The notes under the pieces were generated by a model. The model was given only the letters and a program-made list of their open reading frames with translations, did no database searches and had not been told where the DNA came from. From NCBI GenBank assembly GCA_951406725.2, contig OX597834.1:30194001-30258000 (forward strand): a stretch of DNA of 64,000 nt, in the 5' to 3' direction. The DNA comes from Octopus vulgaris. Its lineage: Eukaryota. The position numbers were made by a program, and so were the translations under genes. Shown one piece after another: positions 45,886-60,148 of the stretch (its first letter is position 1; each line of letters opens with the position of its first letter).

Positions 45886-47599
45886 AAGAAAAGTCACAAG
45901 TCCAAAAACGGTAACTTATTAAATGGCATTTCCCCATTAAATTTTCATTCAAATAATAATAAAGCATTCTTGCAGAAGACAATTTATTCTATATAAATTT
46001 TTATACTTATCAACGTAATTGTTTCTTTATTTTCTGCTATCTCAGGAGGGTTATTGCGCCGATCCAAAAAACAAAATTTCTTTATTTTATCGTATTTTAA
46101 AAGCCTTTTTATGTCTCTACTTACAAAATAATATAAAAACATTTTAAGGCGAACAGAGCAGAGCAGGGGGGTTGGAGACTAAAAAGAGCCCAAAGGGAGG
46201 TAAAAGGGTGCTGTGTTATATGATAATGTGATGGCATAGGGGTGGGCAGAGGGCATTAAATTTATTTTGTTTTCCCCTCTTTTTGTCTTTACAGAAAAAA
46301 GTCCCCAAAAAGCTAAAAAGAATCAAAAGATTTCATTGTTTATTTGGCTTCACTATTTCTCTTTTCACATATACTTTCCTATCCATTTTTGTAGGTTAGA
46401 GAGTCTTTTTTTTTAAATCCTCAGTATCAAACTTGTTTATCTCTTAAGGTATCCATTTTCGTTTTTCTTTTTTTTCATTTTTAAGTGGAAATGTGAAAAA
46501 GAGAAAATGCCTGACAAATTTTCTTTCCAACTTTACAACAAGAACTTTCTGTTGATTGTTATAGCTGCATGTATAAGAAGCTTGATTTCCGACCACATGG
46601 TTTTGGGTTCAGTTCCACTGTGCAGAATTTTAGTCATGTGTTTTCTGCTATATATTTCTTTACTGCCCACAAGGGGCTAAACATAGAGGGGACAAACAGA
46701 TTAAGTTGATTACATCGACCCCAGTGTGAAACTGGTACTTTATTTATCGACCCCGAAAGGATGAAAGGCAAAGTCGACCTCGGCGGAATTTGAACTCACA
46801 ACGCAGCAGCGGGCGAAATACTGTGTTTTCTGCTATAGCCCCGGGCTAACCAGCAGCTTGTGGGTGAAATTTGTAGAAGGAAACTATATGGAAGCTTGCT
46901 GGAAAACCTAGTGGTTTGGGTGTGGCACTCATGGTTGTAAAATTAGGGTTTCAGTTCCCAGACCAGCAGTGTATTGTCTTCTTGAGCAAAACACTTCATT
47001 TCACATTACTCAAACCCACTCAGTTGTGAATGGATAACCCTGAGGTGGACTGGTAATTCTGTTCTGAGAGAAGAATGTTGGTCGGTCATCCTTCCTGCTC
47101 AGCAAGTCAGATGACATCATTTGAAAACTGCAGCAACGTGAGGAAACGCATTGTGATCAACAGTGTATAAGAACATCCAACAGTCTGGACAATACAGATA
47201 TACAGTGATACACACACTCACACGGACACACATGTAAAAGTATCAGTGCAAGTTGAGGGCTACTGAGCATGTGTAGGGCATTACCCATGAACTCGTAAGA
47301 GACAAACTGTCCATAAGAACTTTTGCAGCAGACTAGTTCTCAAAGTGATCAGCAATAAAAGGGTCTTCTGGTTAGGTGGCAAATGTGACCCAGGCTCAGA
47401 TGGTGAATCATACCCACCCTCATGTTGTCCATGGCTGACACAGAATAGATAACTCAACACGTTCTCGTTTGTGCTTATTTTTCACATACAGCTTAACGAA
47501 AACTATACATGTCTCTTAATAACACTGCTGTAGCAGGGCAAGACCTGGACAACCTATTGCAGGTATATCCAATGTCTTGAGCAAATCCATCAGCATTAC

Positions 47600-47631
<32 letters not shown>

Positions 47632-47905
47632 TTAACGTCCGTTTTCTGCGCTAGCATGGGTTGGACGGTTCAACTGGGATCTGGGAAGCCAGAAGGCTGC
47701 GCCAGGCTCCAGTCTGATCTGGCAGTGTTTCTACAGCTGGATGCCCTTCCTAACGCCAACCACTCCGTGAGTGTAGTGGGTGCTTTTTACGTGCCACCTG
47801 CATAGGTGCCAGATGAGGCTGGCAAACGGCCATGATCGGATGGTGCTTTTTACGTGCTACCGGCACGGGGGCCAGACGAGGCTGGCAATGGCCACAATCG
47901 GATGA
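47600..47905 (-). mobile_element. Retroposon family E with (GAT)n tail (RTE-partnered SINE or LINE 3' end)
   Basis: GGATGCCCTTCCTAACGCCAACCAC core; copies at 29215-29408, 34015-34160, 36912-37200, 52950-53115, 63535-63810. Confidence 0.75.
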
Positions 47906-48106
47906 AGAAATCATGGTAATTTCATCTGCCTAATACAAGATTCCTGCAGCCGGCAAAAATGATGAGTATTGAGCCCGTAATTATGAAACACCAACTTCGA
48001 TGTTCTGGTCATCATGTCTGTTTAAAGGACATCTGCATGCCAAAACAGGTGTTGTAAGGTGAGCTGGAGTAAGGAAAACATTCCCCTACAAACCACACAA
48101 CCATTT

Positions 48107-48308
48107 CAAGTGGCTTTCAACCAGGGTTCTGCCAGTACAGTCCAGGGGTTCCGCAAGAAGTTACAAAACTGCTTAACTCGGCAGTAATTTTTAATTCTCC
48201 TGTGCAGATATGTGTGCATAAGACTATTAAATTATTGCACAGGGGTTCCTCGAGCCAGAGGAATGTTTCCTTGGGGTTCCGCTCCAGCAAAAAGTTTGAA
48301 AAGCACTG
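48107..48308. mobile_element. hAT-like MITE inside an RTE LINE fragment (~47930-48420)
   Basis: Ends CA(A)GTGGCTTTCAA / TTGAAAAGCACTG, internal GGGGTTCC repeats; flanks translate as an RTE C-terminus (TWEDLASDWERWR). Confidence 0.6.
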
Positions 48309-48528
48309 ATCTAAAGGAAACACTTAAAAAGATTAATAACAATATTAACACCTGGGAAGATCTTGCATCAGATTGGGAGCGATGGAGGAATCTTCAAATA
48401 ACCATTGAAGCCGTTAGTTATGGTTAAATATCCAACATGACTCCCATCTCTTTAATATGAATCTCCGAGATTCAATTTTTTCTGCTATATTTCTTTTTTA
48501 AGTTCCTTGTATTATGGTTTCTTCCCTT

Positions 48529-48619
48529 CCTACACTGAAGAGTACGTTGACATTTAATTTAATTCAATCATGAATTTATGTTATTATTATATCTCTGTAC
48601 GAAACGATCGTCTGCAAGG
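48529..48619 (+). ncRNA. Minimal type-I hammerhead ribozyme-like motif (Penelope-associated), partly degenerate
   Basis: CTGAAGA-GTAC...GTAC-GAAA-CGATCG-TC: core boxes intact, palindromic stem III, imperfect stem I. Confidence 0.6.
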
Positions 48620-48903
48620 ATTAATACTTCTTATAAATTCTAACAACTTGTCTCCTCCATTTTAAATAAAATTTATGGGATTTATGGAACTTCTTTCCAT
48701 AACTTCACCATACATTATATACAAGTACTACTGTCATATCTTCATAAATTTACACCTGTGAACTCCCAGCAAAGTATGAAGAATCAATATCAGAAATCTT
48801 TTTTGGAAACCTCCAATTAAAGGATGAATCCAAATTCAACCTTTATACACCTATATATATATATCCATAAATTTATCCATATATAGGTGTGTATGTATGT
48901 ATG

Positions 48904-48956
<53 letters not shown>

Positions 48957-49844
48957 ACAAGAAAACAAACATACTCATATATATATATACATACACACAC
49001 AGCTTCACTCAGCTATACAGACTTTCTGAGAAATCTCTTCAGCACAAAAGTTCTAAGTGAGTCAAGTGTTAGGTTACCCAGCATGACATCATTTTCAAGT
49101 CATAAACCCTAGTGCATTTCAACAAAAACACTGGAGATTTATATTTTAGTTCAACGCAATACAAATTGCATTCAGCTAAATTGAAACCTGATAGCTACCA
49201 CAGGAAGCTGGCCACCACCATTAAAGCACTTGATAGAATACACACACACACACACACATTTATGTACGTGTATGTGTGTGTATATTTTCATGTGTATGTG
49301 AGCTAGTACATGTGTATATGTGTGTGTATATATATATATATATATGTATGTACATGTATATGTGTGTGTATATATATATGTATGTACATGTGTATATATA
49401 TGTGCGTGTGTGTATATATATATATGTATGTACATGTATATGTGTGTGTATATATATATGTATGTACATGTGTATATATATGTGTGTGTGTATATATTTT
49501 CATATGTGTATGTGAGCTAGTACATGTGTATATGTGTGTGTGTATATATATATGTATGTACATGTATATATGTGTGTATATATATATGTATGTGCATGTA
49601 TATATGTATATATTTATATATATGTGTGTGTGTGTGTATGTATGTGTGTAGCTGTGTTCTATACTGAAAGTAATTTTCTTGCTACAAATAAAATATTAAA
49701 AAAAACAGTGACCGAAAGACAGTGATTTAATTAGCTGTCATTGGCAGGAAAGATAAAGGATGTGGAGAGAGGGGAAAAAACCCCCCATCTTGTTAATGTA
49801 ATATATATGCCAGACACACACAAATACACAATATATATTATGTT

Positions 49845-50095
49845 GGAAAGAAAGTCCTGTTGCATTTCAAGATCGGGGAAACAAATGCTTCTTTTGTCTT
49901 GATTTATCTAATTGCGATAATATCTCCCCTTGTTATTGGAAACATAATTCCATCTATTTAGCAAATAGCTGATCCCTCGGGTTTCAAATTCCTCAGGTCT
50001 TGAAGCCAAGAAACAGTGAAAATCATTTTTAACCTTTTCACAACGAGGAAACAACTTTCCCTTGACATGTTTCAACGATATGGAAGAGAAGAGAG
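49845..50095 (-). mobile_element. Mariner transposase C-terminal remnant
   Basis: FLASRPEEFETRGISYLLNRWNYVSNNKGRY. Confidence 0.75.
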
Positions 50096-51092
50096 TCAGG
50101 TGGTGCAAGGTCCACTAAAATTTTTCAAGGTGGTCTCCCAGTATGGCCACAGTCTAATAACTGAAACAAGAAAAAGATCACAGAGGCAATGACCCATGAC
50201 CAAAACCTTGGCATTATGCTTGTGAAGAAGACCCATCAAGTCGTGTGAAATTGTAGTTGTCGCTGATGCTGGTATCACATAAGGCGGCAAGCTGGCAGAA
50301 ACGTTAGCACGCCGGGCGAAATGCTTAGCGGTATTTCGTCTGCCGTTACGTTCTGAGTTCAAATTCCGCCGAGGTCGACTTTGCCTGTCATCCTTTCGGG
50401 GGTCGATAAATTAAGTACCAGTTATGCACTGGGGTTGATGTAATAGACTTAATACCTATGTCTGTCCTTGTTTGTCCCCTCTGTGTTTAATAAAGAAATA
50501 GGTATCACATAACTGGCACCTGTGCCAGTGGTTGATGCCCGTGAAGAGTTCCTTGCGAGTGTTGGGCCTTACAGAGGCAATGACCAAAACCTTGGCATTA
50601 TGCTTGTGAAGAAGACACATCAAACCAAGTAAAATTGCAGTTGTGGCAGATACCAGTGTCACACAAATGGCACCCATATGGATGGCACATAAAAGCACTC
50701 ATTACACTCTAGGAGTGGTTGGCATGTGGAAGAGCATCCAGCCATAGAAAGCCATGCCAAATCAGACTAGAGTCTGGTGCAGCCTTCCAGCTTGCTTCTC
50801 TGGTCAAACCATTCAACCCACGCCAGCATGGACAACAGACATGAAATGATTGAAAGATGTTTATTGACTTGACCGGTTTCACTTTTTTAGAAAAAGATTG
50901 CCAAAAGTAAAATGTAAAGCTTTGTTGTGTTAAGTACTGGTTATCACAAAAGTATTAAAATACAGTTACACATTCTTTGATAATAATAAGAAAATGTTAA
51001 AAACAGTTTACAAGAAAGTATTCAACAAAAAGTATTATAATTTCAATAGAAATCATATTTGTTTGGTAGTATATACATATATATATATATAT

Positions 51093-51485
51093 ACTCTTTT
51101 ATTTGTTTCAGTCATTTGACTGCAGCCATGCTGGAGCACCGCCTTAAATCGAGCAACTCGACACCGGGACTTATTCTTTTGTAAGCCCAGTACTTATTCT
51201 ATCGGTCTCTTTTGCCGAACCGCTAAGTAATGGGGACATAAACACACCAGCATCGGTTGTCAAGCAATGCTAGGGGGACAAACACAGACACACAAACACA
51301 CACACGCATATATATACATATATACGATGGACTTCTTTCAGTTTCAGTCTACCAAATCCACTCACAAGGCTTTGGTCGGCCCGAGGCTATAGTAGAAGAC
51401 ACTTGCCCAAGGTGCCACGCAGTGGGACTGAACCCGGAACCATGTGGTTGGTAAACAAGTTACTTACCACACAGCCACTCCTGCG

Positions 51486-51488
<3 letters not shown>
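51093..51488 (-). mobile_element. SINE family A
   Basis: Reverse-complement match. Confidence 0.88.
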
Positions 51489-51525
<37 letters not shown>

Positions 51526-51977
51526 TATATTATATATATACACACACAAAAGGAGATATATTTAACAATTTACCAAAAATTGGAGAACTGACCTGTCTTT
51601 CTAACTTTTTCTGTCTTGTGTATAGTGAAACCGGTCAAGTCAATAAACATCTTTAAAATTGCATTCTCAAACGTTCTTTCATATATATTTCCACTTGTGC
51701 GGTACCTTACAACTTCACTTTGTAATATATATATACATGTGTATATTGAGAGAGGGAGAGAAAGGACAGCAAAAAGAGCCAACAATGAGTGGTTTATTTG
51801 TAAATATTTATAATTTTAAATTTTACATAATTTCACGTAAAAAGAATGTTTCGTTAAGATAATTATCTACATGTCAATTTTAATATACTAATTAGAAACA
51901 AAAATAGTTTTTACCAAATCCTTCCATTTTCTAAAAAAATTAATTGATATGTAATTAGTGAAGTTTGTTTGGAATAT

Positions 51978-52373
51978 ACTCTTTACTCTTTTACTTGTTT
52001 CAGTCATTTGACTGCGGCCATGCTGGAGCACCGCCTTTAGTTGAGCAAATCGACCCTGGGACTTATTCATTGTAAGCCCAGTACTTATTCTATCGGTCTC
52101 TTTTGCCGAACCGCTAAGTGACGGGGACGTAAACACACCAGCATCGGTTGTCAAGCAATGCTAGGGGGACAAACACACAAACACACACACATACATATAT
52201 ATATATACATATATACGACAGGCTTCTTTCAGTTTCCGTCTACCAAATCCACTCACAAGGCATTGGTCGGCCTAGGGCTATAGCAGAAGACACTTGCCCA
52301 AGATGCCACGCAGTGGGACTGAACCCGGAACCATGTGGTTGGGTAGCAAGCTACTTACCACACAGCCACTCCT
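51978..52373 (-). mobile_element. SINE family A
   Basis: Reverse-complement match. Confidence 0.88.
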
Positions 52374-53624
52374 GTGTATTAAGAACTTAATACACCATTT
52401 CAAACAAATCATTTTTTGTATAAAATACAAAGTAATAAGTAGATTATGATAAAGAAAGCAACAGCATGGCCAGATTTTATCTCCTCTCTTCTCTTCCATT
52501 TTCCCTAGATTTTCTGCCAATATTCAAAGAAAGATTATGTCCAAAATGTTATAACTTTTCACTTTTTCTATTCTTCGTTCGGCATTAGCTGAGTAAGTTT
52601 TTCAACCACAATCCTCTACTCTACCAACTGAGCAATCTGTCCATCACTGCCCACCCACACAGACCTATCACTACACCCCTATTCCCCTCCTCCACCACTG
52701 TATATTCAGTATATACCCTGACAAACACCACCAACATCTCTCTCACCCTTCTTCTGCAAACAGGGGTATCTTTGTACCTTTTCTACAGCAAGGCAACATA
52801 TCTTTCTCTCCTTCTATTATAGCTCAGCCTTTCATCACCAGGCACAAAGCCACCTCCCTCAATACTACTTCCCTGCCCCCCACTCCCGGTCAAGGGGACT
52901 TTGTCTTGCAAGTTGCTTGGTGACCCTATCAGTGCAGGTGCCATGGTAAAGTACCCTCTGTAAAGTGGTTGACATTAAGAAGGGTATCCAGCCATAGAAA
53001 CTATGCCAAACCAGACAACTGAAGCCTGGGTCAAGCTCTTCGGCCTTGCCAGCTCCTGTCAAACCATCCAACCCATGCCAGCATGGAAAACAGGCATTAT
53101 GATGATGATGATGATGTGTTATCTCAATATTCTCTGTTAAGGTTAAAGAATGTCTATTTAACCTTTTCTGTTACCATGTTACTGTTAAAATACACTTTGC
53201 TTCAAATAATTGTCAAAACAAGAATTTAGTAAAATAACCATGTCATTATACAGATGGTGCTTGAAATGAAATTTCAACAGATGGTTTTAATTTAGATCAC
53301 ATTAAGATAGGAAATTTTCATCAAAGAACCACAGATGAGTCTCCAGAGAGACGGTATCAAAAGAGTTAATGAAAACTCCAGGAGTTGTAATAGAGATTAA
53401 AAAAGAAAATACACACACACACAAATCATTTAAAAAACAAAATTAACAATAAATTTTATAAACTAACATAATTAAAATTTCTATAACGACACAAGTAAAG
53501 CTTGAACTGACTAACAGACATTTATGTTTCTCTACGTGTCAGATGTAATGTGTAGCAAGCTTGAGTGCCTTCTTGCCTGCTGTATGGAGCTGAAACCTGG
53601 ACTGTCTCAAAAGCTCAAGTAGAT

Positions 53625-54000
53625 ATGTTAAATTAAGTTAAGTTAATTTTTTGGCTCAAAAAGCAAAAAGCAAGGCCATGTAGGGAGACATGGAGTTATG
53701 TACAGGGTGGTGTTCATGCAAAGAGTTCAGGCCATTTCTGGTCAAGAGAGACTTTGAACCGAGCGGTCGTCGGCATCTCCTTCGATTGAGATGAAATCGT
53801 CACAGATAGAACTTTTCGGAGTGACCCCACAGCCGACACCTGGAGCAGGAGTGAAGAACAGCTCTTTCGAGAGGTTACACTTTCCGCTTATGATGTTGTG
53901 AGCAAGAATGAGATCACCATGGTGTCGACGTTTCTCTAGAGAATAAAGGTCGAGCGTCTTCAGCCTTTCTTCATAAGACAAATGCTTGAGACCAAGAAGT
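53625..54000 (-). mobile_element. CR1-type LINE 3' end
   Basis: GLKHLSYEERLKTLDLYSLEKRRHHGDLILAHNIISG. Confidence 0.85.
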
Positions 54001-54340
54001 ATATGATGAGACAGCTGAGACAAATCTTGAATATCATTCTCTTTATCAAGATCAGGAATGAAGAGATCCTCTGGCAAGCTGGTCTGCCTCCGATAATGGA
54101 ATTCCTCATTGATAGAAATTTACGAAGGGTGGGTCATGTACACAGGATGGATAACTGTTGACTCCCCAGAAAGCTCTTTTACTCCCAACTATGCAAAGGT
54201 GGGGGAAAAAAAAAACCATGGAAGACTTAGACTGAGATTCAAAGATGTTGCAAAAATGGAATCTGAGAGGGAAAGGAACTGAACATGATAAACGGCAAAC
54301 CCAAATGAAAGACTGACCAGAATAGAGAAAGCTTCTCATG
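54000..54340 (+). mobile_element. RTE (BovB-like) LINE C-terminal fragment
   Basis: IRNEEILWQAGLPP...VGHVHRMD..LPRKLFYSQL...LRFKD. Confidence 0.78.
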
Positions 54341-54404
54341 CCATGCCAAAGACATGAATGGTCACAGTTACAGTGACTGGCTGCAGGTGATGGTATGTTG
54401 ATAA

Positions 54405-54790
54405 GGAGGCGAGCTAGCAGAAACGTTAGCACGCCGGGCGAAATGCTTAGCGGTATTTCGTCTGCTGTTACGTTCTGAGTTCAAATTCCGCTGAGGTCGA
54501 CTTTGCCTTTCATCCTTTCGGGGTCGATAAATTAAGTACCAGTTACGCACTGGGGTCGATGTAATCGACTTAATCCGTTTGTCTCCTCTGTGTTTAGCCC
54601 CTTGTGGGTAGTAAAGAAATGGGTATTTTGTCTGCTGTTACGTTCTGAGTTCAAATTCCGCTGAGGTCGACTTTGCTTTTCATCCTTTCGGGGTCGATAA
54701 ATTAAGTACCAGTTACGCACTGGGGTCAATATAATCGACTTAATCCGTTTGTCGTCTTTGTGTTTAGCTCCTTGTGGGTAGTAAAGACAT
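54405..54790 (+). mobile_element. SINE family D with tandem duplication of its 3' part
   Basis: ~170-bp body repeated head to tail. Confidence 0.82.
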
Positions 54791-56529
54791 AGGTATGTTG
54801 ATCTTGGTCTTAGCTTTAAAGCGATGGACAGTCAGAATTGTTACCATGCTGGACCAAATGCTTAGTGCTATTTTGTCCATTCTTATATTCCAACACTGTT
54901 GACTGCCCTTCATTCTTTCGGAGTTGATAAAATAAGAACCAGCTGAGCACTGGGGTCAATGTAAAAGACTTACCCCCCTCCCCTCCACCAAAATTACTGG
55001 CCTTATGCTAAAATTTCAATCCAATATTAATTCTAGCTATTTCAATGTCATGTTGCATTGTCACCAAATCCTTGAAACAGCTGTAAAGAATTACCATGGA
55101 GTAATCTTTTTTCTCAATTATATTTTCGCATATGTAACAGTGTACCTACTTTGAAAGCCTTCTTTAAATTATTTTATATTTTTCTTCTTAATCTCAATTA
55201 TATTTTCATAAGTGTAACTTTTGATGTCATAAATGTTTGTCCATCTTTTACATAACGGGATGTTCTTGCCGCTTTATTTTATAGTTGATTTTTAACTGAA
55301 AAACTGCGAAGAAAATTATACATGTAAATGGTGGTGCCCCAGCATGGCCACAGCTCAAGAGCTGAAACTGGAAAACAAACATAAACAGGATAAAAAGTGA
55401 AAAATATTTTGTACCAAATTTTAACACTAAATAAATGAAGCCGGATGTAGAGGGTTTGTTGGACACAGCGTGAGACCACTGTTGTTATCGCTAGGCCGAA
55501 CTCATCGTAAAGTCAATACCACCATGACTGATATCCAATCTACAGTGGAGAAGGCTAGCCACTGGATTTGGTTAAAAAGAGACGATGAGCGATGGCTAGA
55601 AGGATATTGAGTTTAACTTCATAACCAGCAGATCTAGCAAGCGGGGCCTCATATCAGTGAGGGGGGGGGGGGCAGTGCGCATTGATGCCGTCGAGAGATA
55701 GGCCCCGAAACAGCGCGCATTCTCTCCTGATGACCCCATACACTTGCTGGCTTCCGGTAAACGGAGCTTTTGACTGGTAGCACTTGCATGTGCAAGTTGT
55801 TTGCAAGACATGCAACTTATACACAAGAAAATATGGTAATTCAAATTTCGACGAAAATGGAGGCTTGGGGTTAAAAATAACGAAAGAAAAATTTTACAAC
55901 CAGACCAATTCCACTGAAGCTTTTTCTTCAAGTCATCACTGTAATATTAAATTTGCATAGAGAATTTAAATTTAAAATCTTTAATCTTTTACTTGTTTCT
56001 GTCATTAGACTGCGGCCATGCTGGAGCACCACCTCAATGAACTTTAGTTAAATGAATTGACCCCAGCACTTTAAAAAAAAAAAACTTGGTACTAAATCTA
56101 TCAATCTCTTATGCCAAACCACCAAGTTTAGGAACACAAATAAACCAACACCAGTTGTCAAGCTGTGATGGCAAACAAGCACAGACACACGACAAGCTTC
56201 TTTCAGTTTTCATTGACCAAATCCATTCACAAGCCTTTGGAAATCTTGGGGCTATAGTAGAAGATACTTGCTGAAGGTGCCATGCATTGGGATTGAACCT
56301 GGAACCATGTAGTAAAAAGCAAAAAAAAAAAAGCAGAATAAATATTAGACTTAAAAACAAATAAAAAATAAGTACTGTGATAGATTTGTTCCCCTAAACC
56401 CTTCAAGGTGGTGCCCCACCATGGCTGACACAAGTAAAAGATAAAAGATTTGACAAGAAACAAAGAGAGAGAGAGAGAGAGAGAGAGAGAAGACTGACTT
56501 ATTGAACAAGGCATACAGCAAAGAGCTGT

Positions 56530-56915
56530 GGAGGCGCAATGGCCCAGTGGTTAGGGCAGCGGACTCGCGGTCAGAGGATCGCGGTTTCCATTCCCAGACC
56601 GGGCGTTGTGTGTGTTTATTGAGCGAAAATACCTAAAGCTCCACGAGGCTCCGGCAGGGGGTGGTGGCGACCCCTGTTGTACTCTTTCACCACAACTTTC
56701 TCTCACTCCACTCTTACTTCCTGTTTCTGTTGTACCTGTATTTCAAGGGGCCGGCCTTGTCACTCTCTGTGTCACGCTGAATATCCCTGAGAACTACGTT
56801 AAGGGTGCACGTGTCTGTGGAGTGCTCAGCCACTTACACGTTAATTTCACAAGCAGGCTGTTCCGTTGATTCGGATCAACTGGCACCCTCATTGTTGTAA
56901 CCGACGGAGTGCTTC
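56530..56915 (+). mobile_element. SINE family B
   Basis: Match to 5340-5718. Confidence 0.88.
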
Positions 56916-56959
56916 CACAGCTAAGAGCTATACTGGATTCAAAGCACTTAAAGAAATAT

Positions 56960-57212
56960 TAACACAAAAAAAACAACAAAAAAGGCAAAAATTGTTTGTT
57001 GCTCATAATTTTTTTTAATATATATATATATTTATTCATTTTATCAATAGAACTTTGAGACAAGCAAGCTCTTTTTTTCTTTTTTCTCTCTTTTTTTTTT
57101 TTGACTTCCAAAATCAATTTTGAAATTGAAATTGAAATTAATGAGAACATTGAAATTAATGAGAACTTATAGCAGAATTTTTACATTCCATACACTTATG
57201 TATGCACGTATG

Positions 57213-57248
<36 letters not shown>

Positions 57249-57271
57249 TGTATGTATACATACATACATAC

Positions 57272-57304
<33 letters not shown>

Positions 57305-57656
57305 TACATATATTTATTCATTTTTTTTAAGAAACGAAGAGAGGACTAACTAAAAATTTAAATAGGGAAGGACAAAAAAAAAAAAAGACCATATTATATA
57401 TTATATTTTTCTATTGTTTCTTTTTCTTTTTTTCATATTCCAGTTTCCATTTACAACGCATAGTAAATGAAACAAGCACTTTAAAAGTCAACCACTATCA
57501 TTAATATACAAAAAAGACTTGACACAAGTTTAGATTTCATGACTTATTACATAATAATAATAACAATAATAATAATAATAATAATCATCATAATAATATT
57601 GTTATTTTACATGTTCACCAAAATAGCTTTACGTTCCAATTAAACATACATGACAG

Positions 57657-57687
<31 letters not shown>

Positions 57688-57751
57688 GCATATTTGCCAT
57701 TTGAATATGGCTAACCCATAAGGTTATAACTCGCTCTGAGATTTATCATTG

Positions 57752-57790
<39 letters not shown>

Positions 57791-58839
57791 TATATACATA
57801 TATATATAGAAATACATATTTATTTTCATAGACATACATCAACAACAAAACAAAAAACATAACCAAACACATATAAAAAAAAAAACCCAACCATCTCGAC
57901 ACAGAAATTTCCCTTCCACCCAACCCCACCCCCTGCTGACAATTTTTAAAATTTCTTTTCCCTCTTTTCTCTTTGTCCATTTTCAATTTTAGGAAAACAC
58001 TTCCCTCCCACAAGAATTCAATAACCAAAGAACATCAGGTTATCATGAATTTTTCCTTTCCTTTTTTTTTTTTTCTCAAATTTCCTACGCTTTTTCTTTT
58101 GTTTTAATTTTTTTTTTATATATATCCCTGCACCCCACCCCTTATTTTATTTATTTTTATTTTCAAAATTATTAATATTTTTTTTTTCTTCTTTTTCAGT
58201 CATTTTAAAATCAGCACAAAAAATGAGTCCATAGTTAATTTAAAAAAATTTTTTTTTTGCATCTTTCTGCCAAAAAAAAAAAAAAAATAAAATAAAATAA
58301 AAAAAAAATAAATGCAAGACAGAAAAGGGATTTTAGTTTTCAATATGTATGTATTGGATAATTTAACCCCCACTCCTCTCTGACTCTGAATAGATATTAC
58401 ATTATACAAATATACACACACACACACACACACATACACACTGTATTACACTTAAAAACAGAGGCATACATGCACACACAGACAAGACATATGCAGACTG
58501 TAAAAAGGAAAAAAAATAGACATAACCAAATTTAGGTTGTCCCTAGAAAAATTGAGAAGCTTAAAATTCTTATGTTGAGAAGACAAGTCTTGATAGGGGC
58601 CCAGGCTGTGTGCAGGTGGGGGGAGGGGACAAAAAACACTTGCTCACAGCCAGTTGCGTAACGGTCAGAGAATTCTTTCCTTTGTTTATGTTGGATTTGT
58701 ATATTTTATTTTAATTCTTTTCTTTTTGGTAACAACTGCTTTATTATCTTTTTTTTCCCCCTTATTCTGGTTGTAATTAATTTTATGTAGGGGAGAGTAC
58801 ATCTGAAGATGCTGGGGGTGGTGGTGGTGGTGGTCATCG
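56960..58839 (-). other. Probable PKN 3' UTR (~1.8 kb) with candidate polyA signal
   Basis: Retroposon-free U-rich stretch after the stop; AATAAA at 57031-57036 (minus) followed by a GU/U-rich tract near 56961-56985. Confidence 0.5.
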
Positions 58840-58983
<144 letters not shown>

Positions 58984-59071
58984 CTAGAATTAAGAAAAGA
59001 AAAAAAATACTTATACAAACATAGAGGTAGAAAGACAAAGAAACACAAGCTGTCTTCATACAAGTATTTAA

Positions 59072-59291
59072 CCCTTTCGTTACTAACCCGGCTGAAACTG
59101 GCTCTGGCTCTGAGTACAAATGTCTCATTTTCATAAGTTTTGAATATAAATCTCCCACTAAACCTTAGTCACAATTTATGTTCCTAACACTAGCTTAATG
59201 ATAACAAAGTTATTTTACTAAATTCTTTGTTGTATTTAAAGTAATTGAAAGAAGCACAGAGCATCTCAACAGATATACAGTAACGAAAGGG
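59072..59291. mobile_element. piggyBac-like MITE (220 bp) in the last PKN intron
   Basis: TTAA TSD and perfect TIRs CCCTTTCGTTAC / GTAACGAAAGGG. Confidence 0.9.
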
Positions 59292-60088
59292 TTAACAGGG
59301 AATACAAAATATGGAATAAAGAAAACCAAATCAACAAAAGGAGTTGTTTTGGATAAGGCATGGAATATGTGAATCAAGTTCATGCATAGGATATAAGAAA
59401 TCTTCGGTTGGACAGTTTAAGAGGAACTGGCAAGGCTTGGAGCTCTACCAGGTTCCACAATCTGTTTTGTGGCCTGGTTTCTATGGCTGGATGCCCTTCC
59501 TAACACCAACAAGTTTACAGAGTGTACTGGGTGCTTCTTGTTCCTAGAGATCTGTAATGCAAAGCCTGGTGCTTATTTGATCAATCTCTTTTGGCCAAAC
59601 TGCTAGGTTACAATGACATAAACAAGCCAGTACCGGTTGTCAAGTGGTAGTGGGGAACAAACAGAAACACAAAGACACACACTTAACAGGCTTCTTTCAG
59701 TTTCCATCTACAAAATCTACTCAAAAAGGCTTTGGTAGGCCCAAGGTTTTAGTAGAAGCCACTCGCACAAGGTGCAAGGCAGTGGGACTGAACCTAGAAC
59801 CATAAGGTTGGGAAGCAAAGAATACACACCTTATATATATATATATATAAAAGAGAGGGGGAGAAAGAGGAGGAGAGAGAGATGGAGAGGAGAGAAAGGG
59901 AGAGTGGGGATACAGAGGAGAAAGGGGAGGAAAGAGAGAAGGAGAGAAGACAAAGGGAGAGTGGGGATACAGGGGAGGAGGAGAGGGAGAGATTTTGAAA
60001 TGAAAGTAAATTGTAAAATTTTCTTTAAACTTTCATCATCATCATGTGAAAGAAAGAAAGACAGAAGTAAATAAATGCCAAAACTGAC

Positions 60089-60148
60089 CACTGTAGGTGT
60101 AAACGGAGGTCTTGTTCTCTTCATGAGTAATGCATCCCAATCAATATT
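60089..60148 (-). CDS. PKN2: PKN exon (NIDWDALLMKRTRPPFTPTV)
   Basis: Start of AGC C-tail with W...PPFxP; tttcag| and |gtcagt, 60 nt. Confidence 0.93.

Noticed and set aside
55695-55740. GAAA...CTGATGA hammerhead-like boxes
   Set aside because: Stem II cannot pair (CCCC on both sides).
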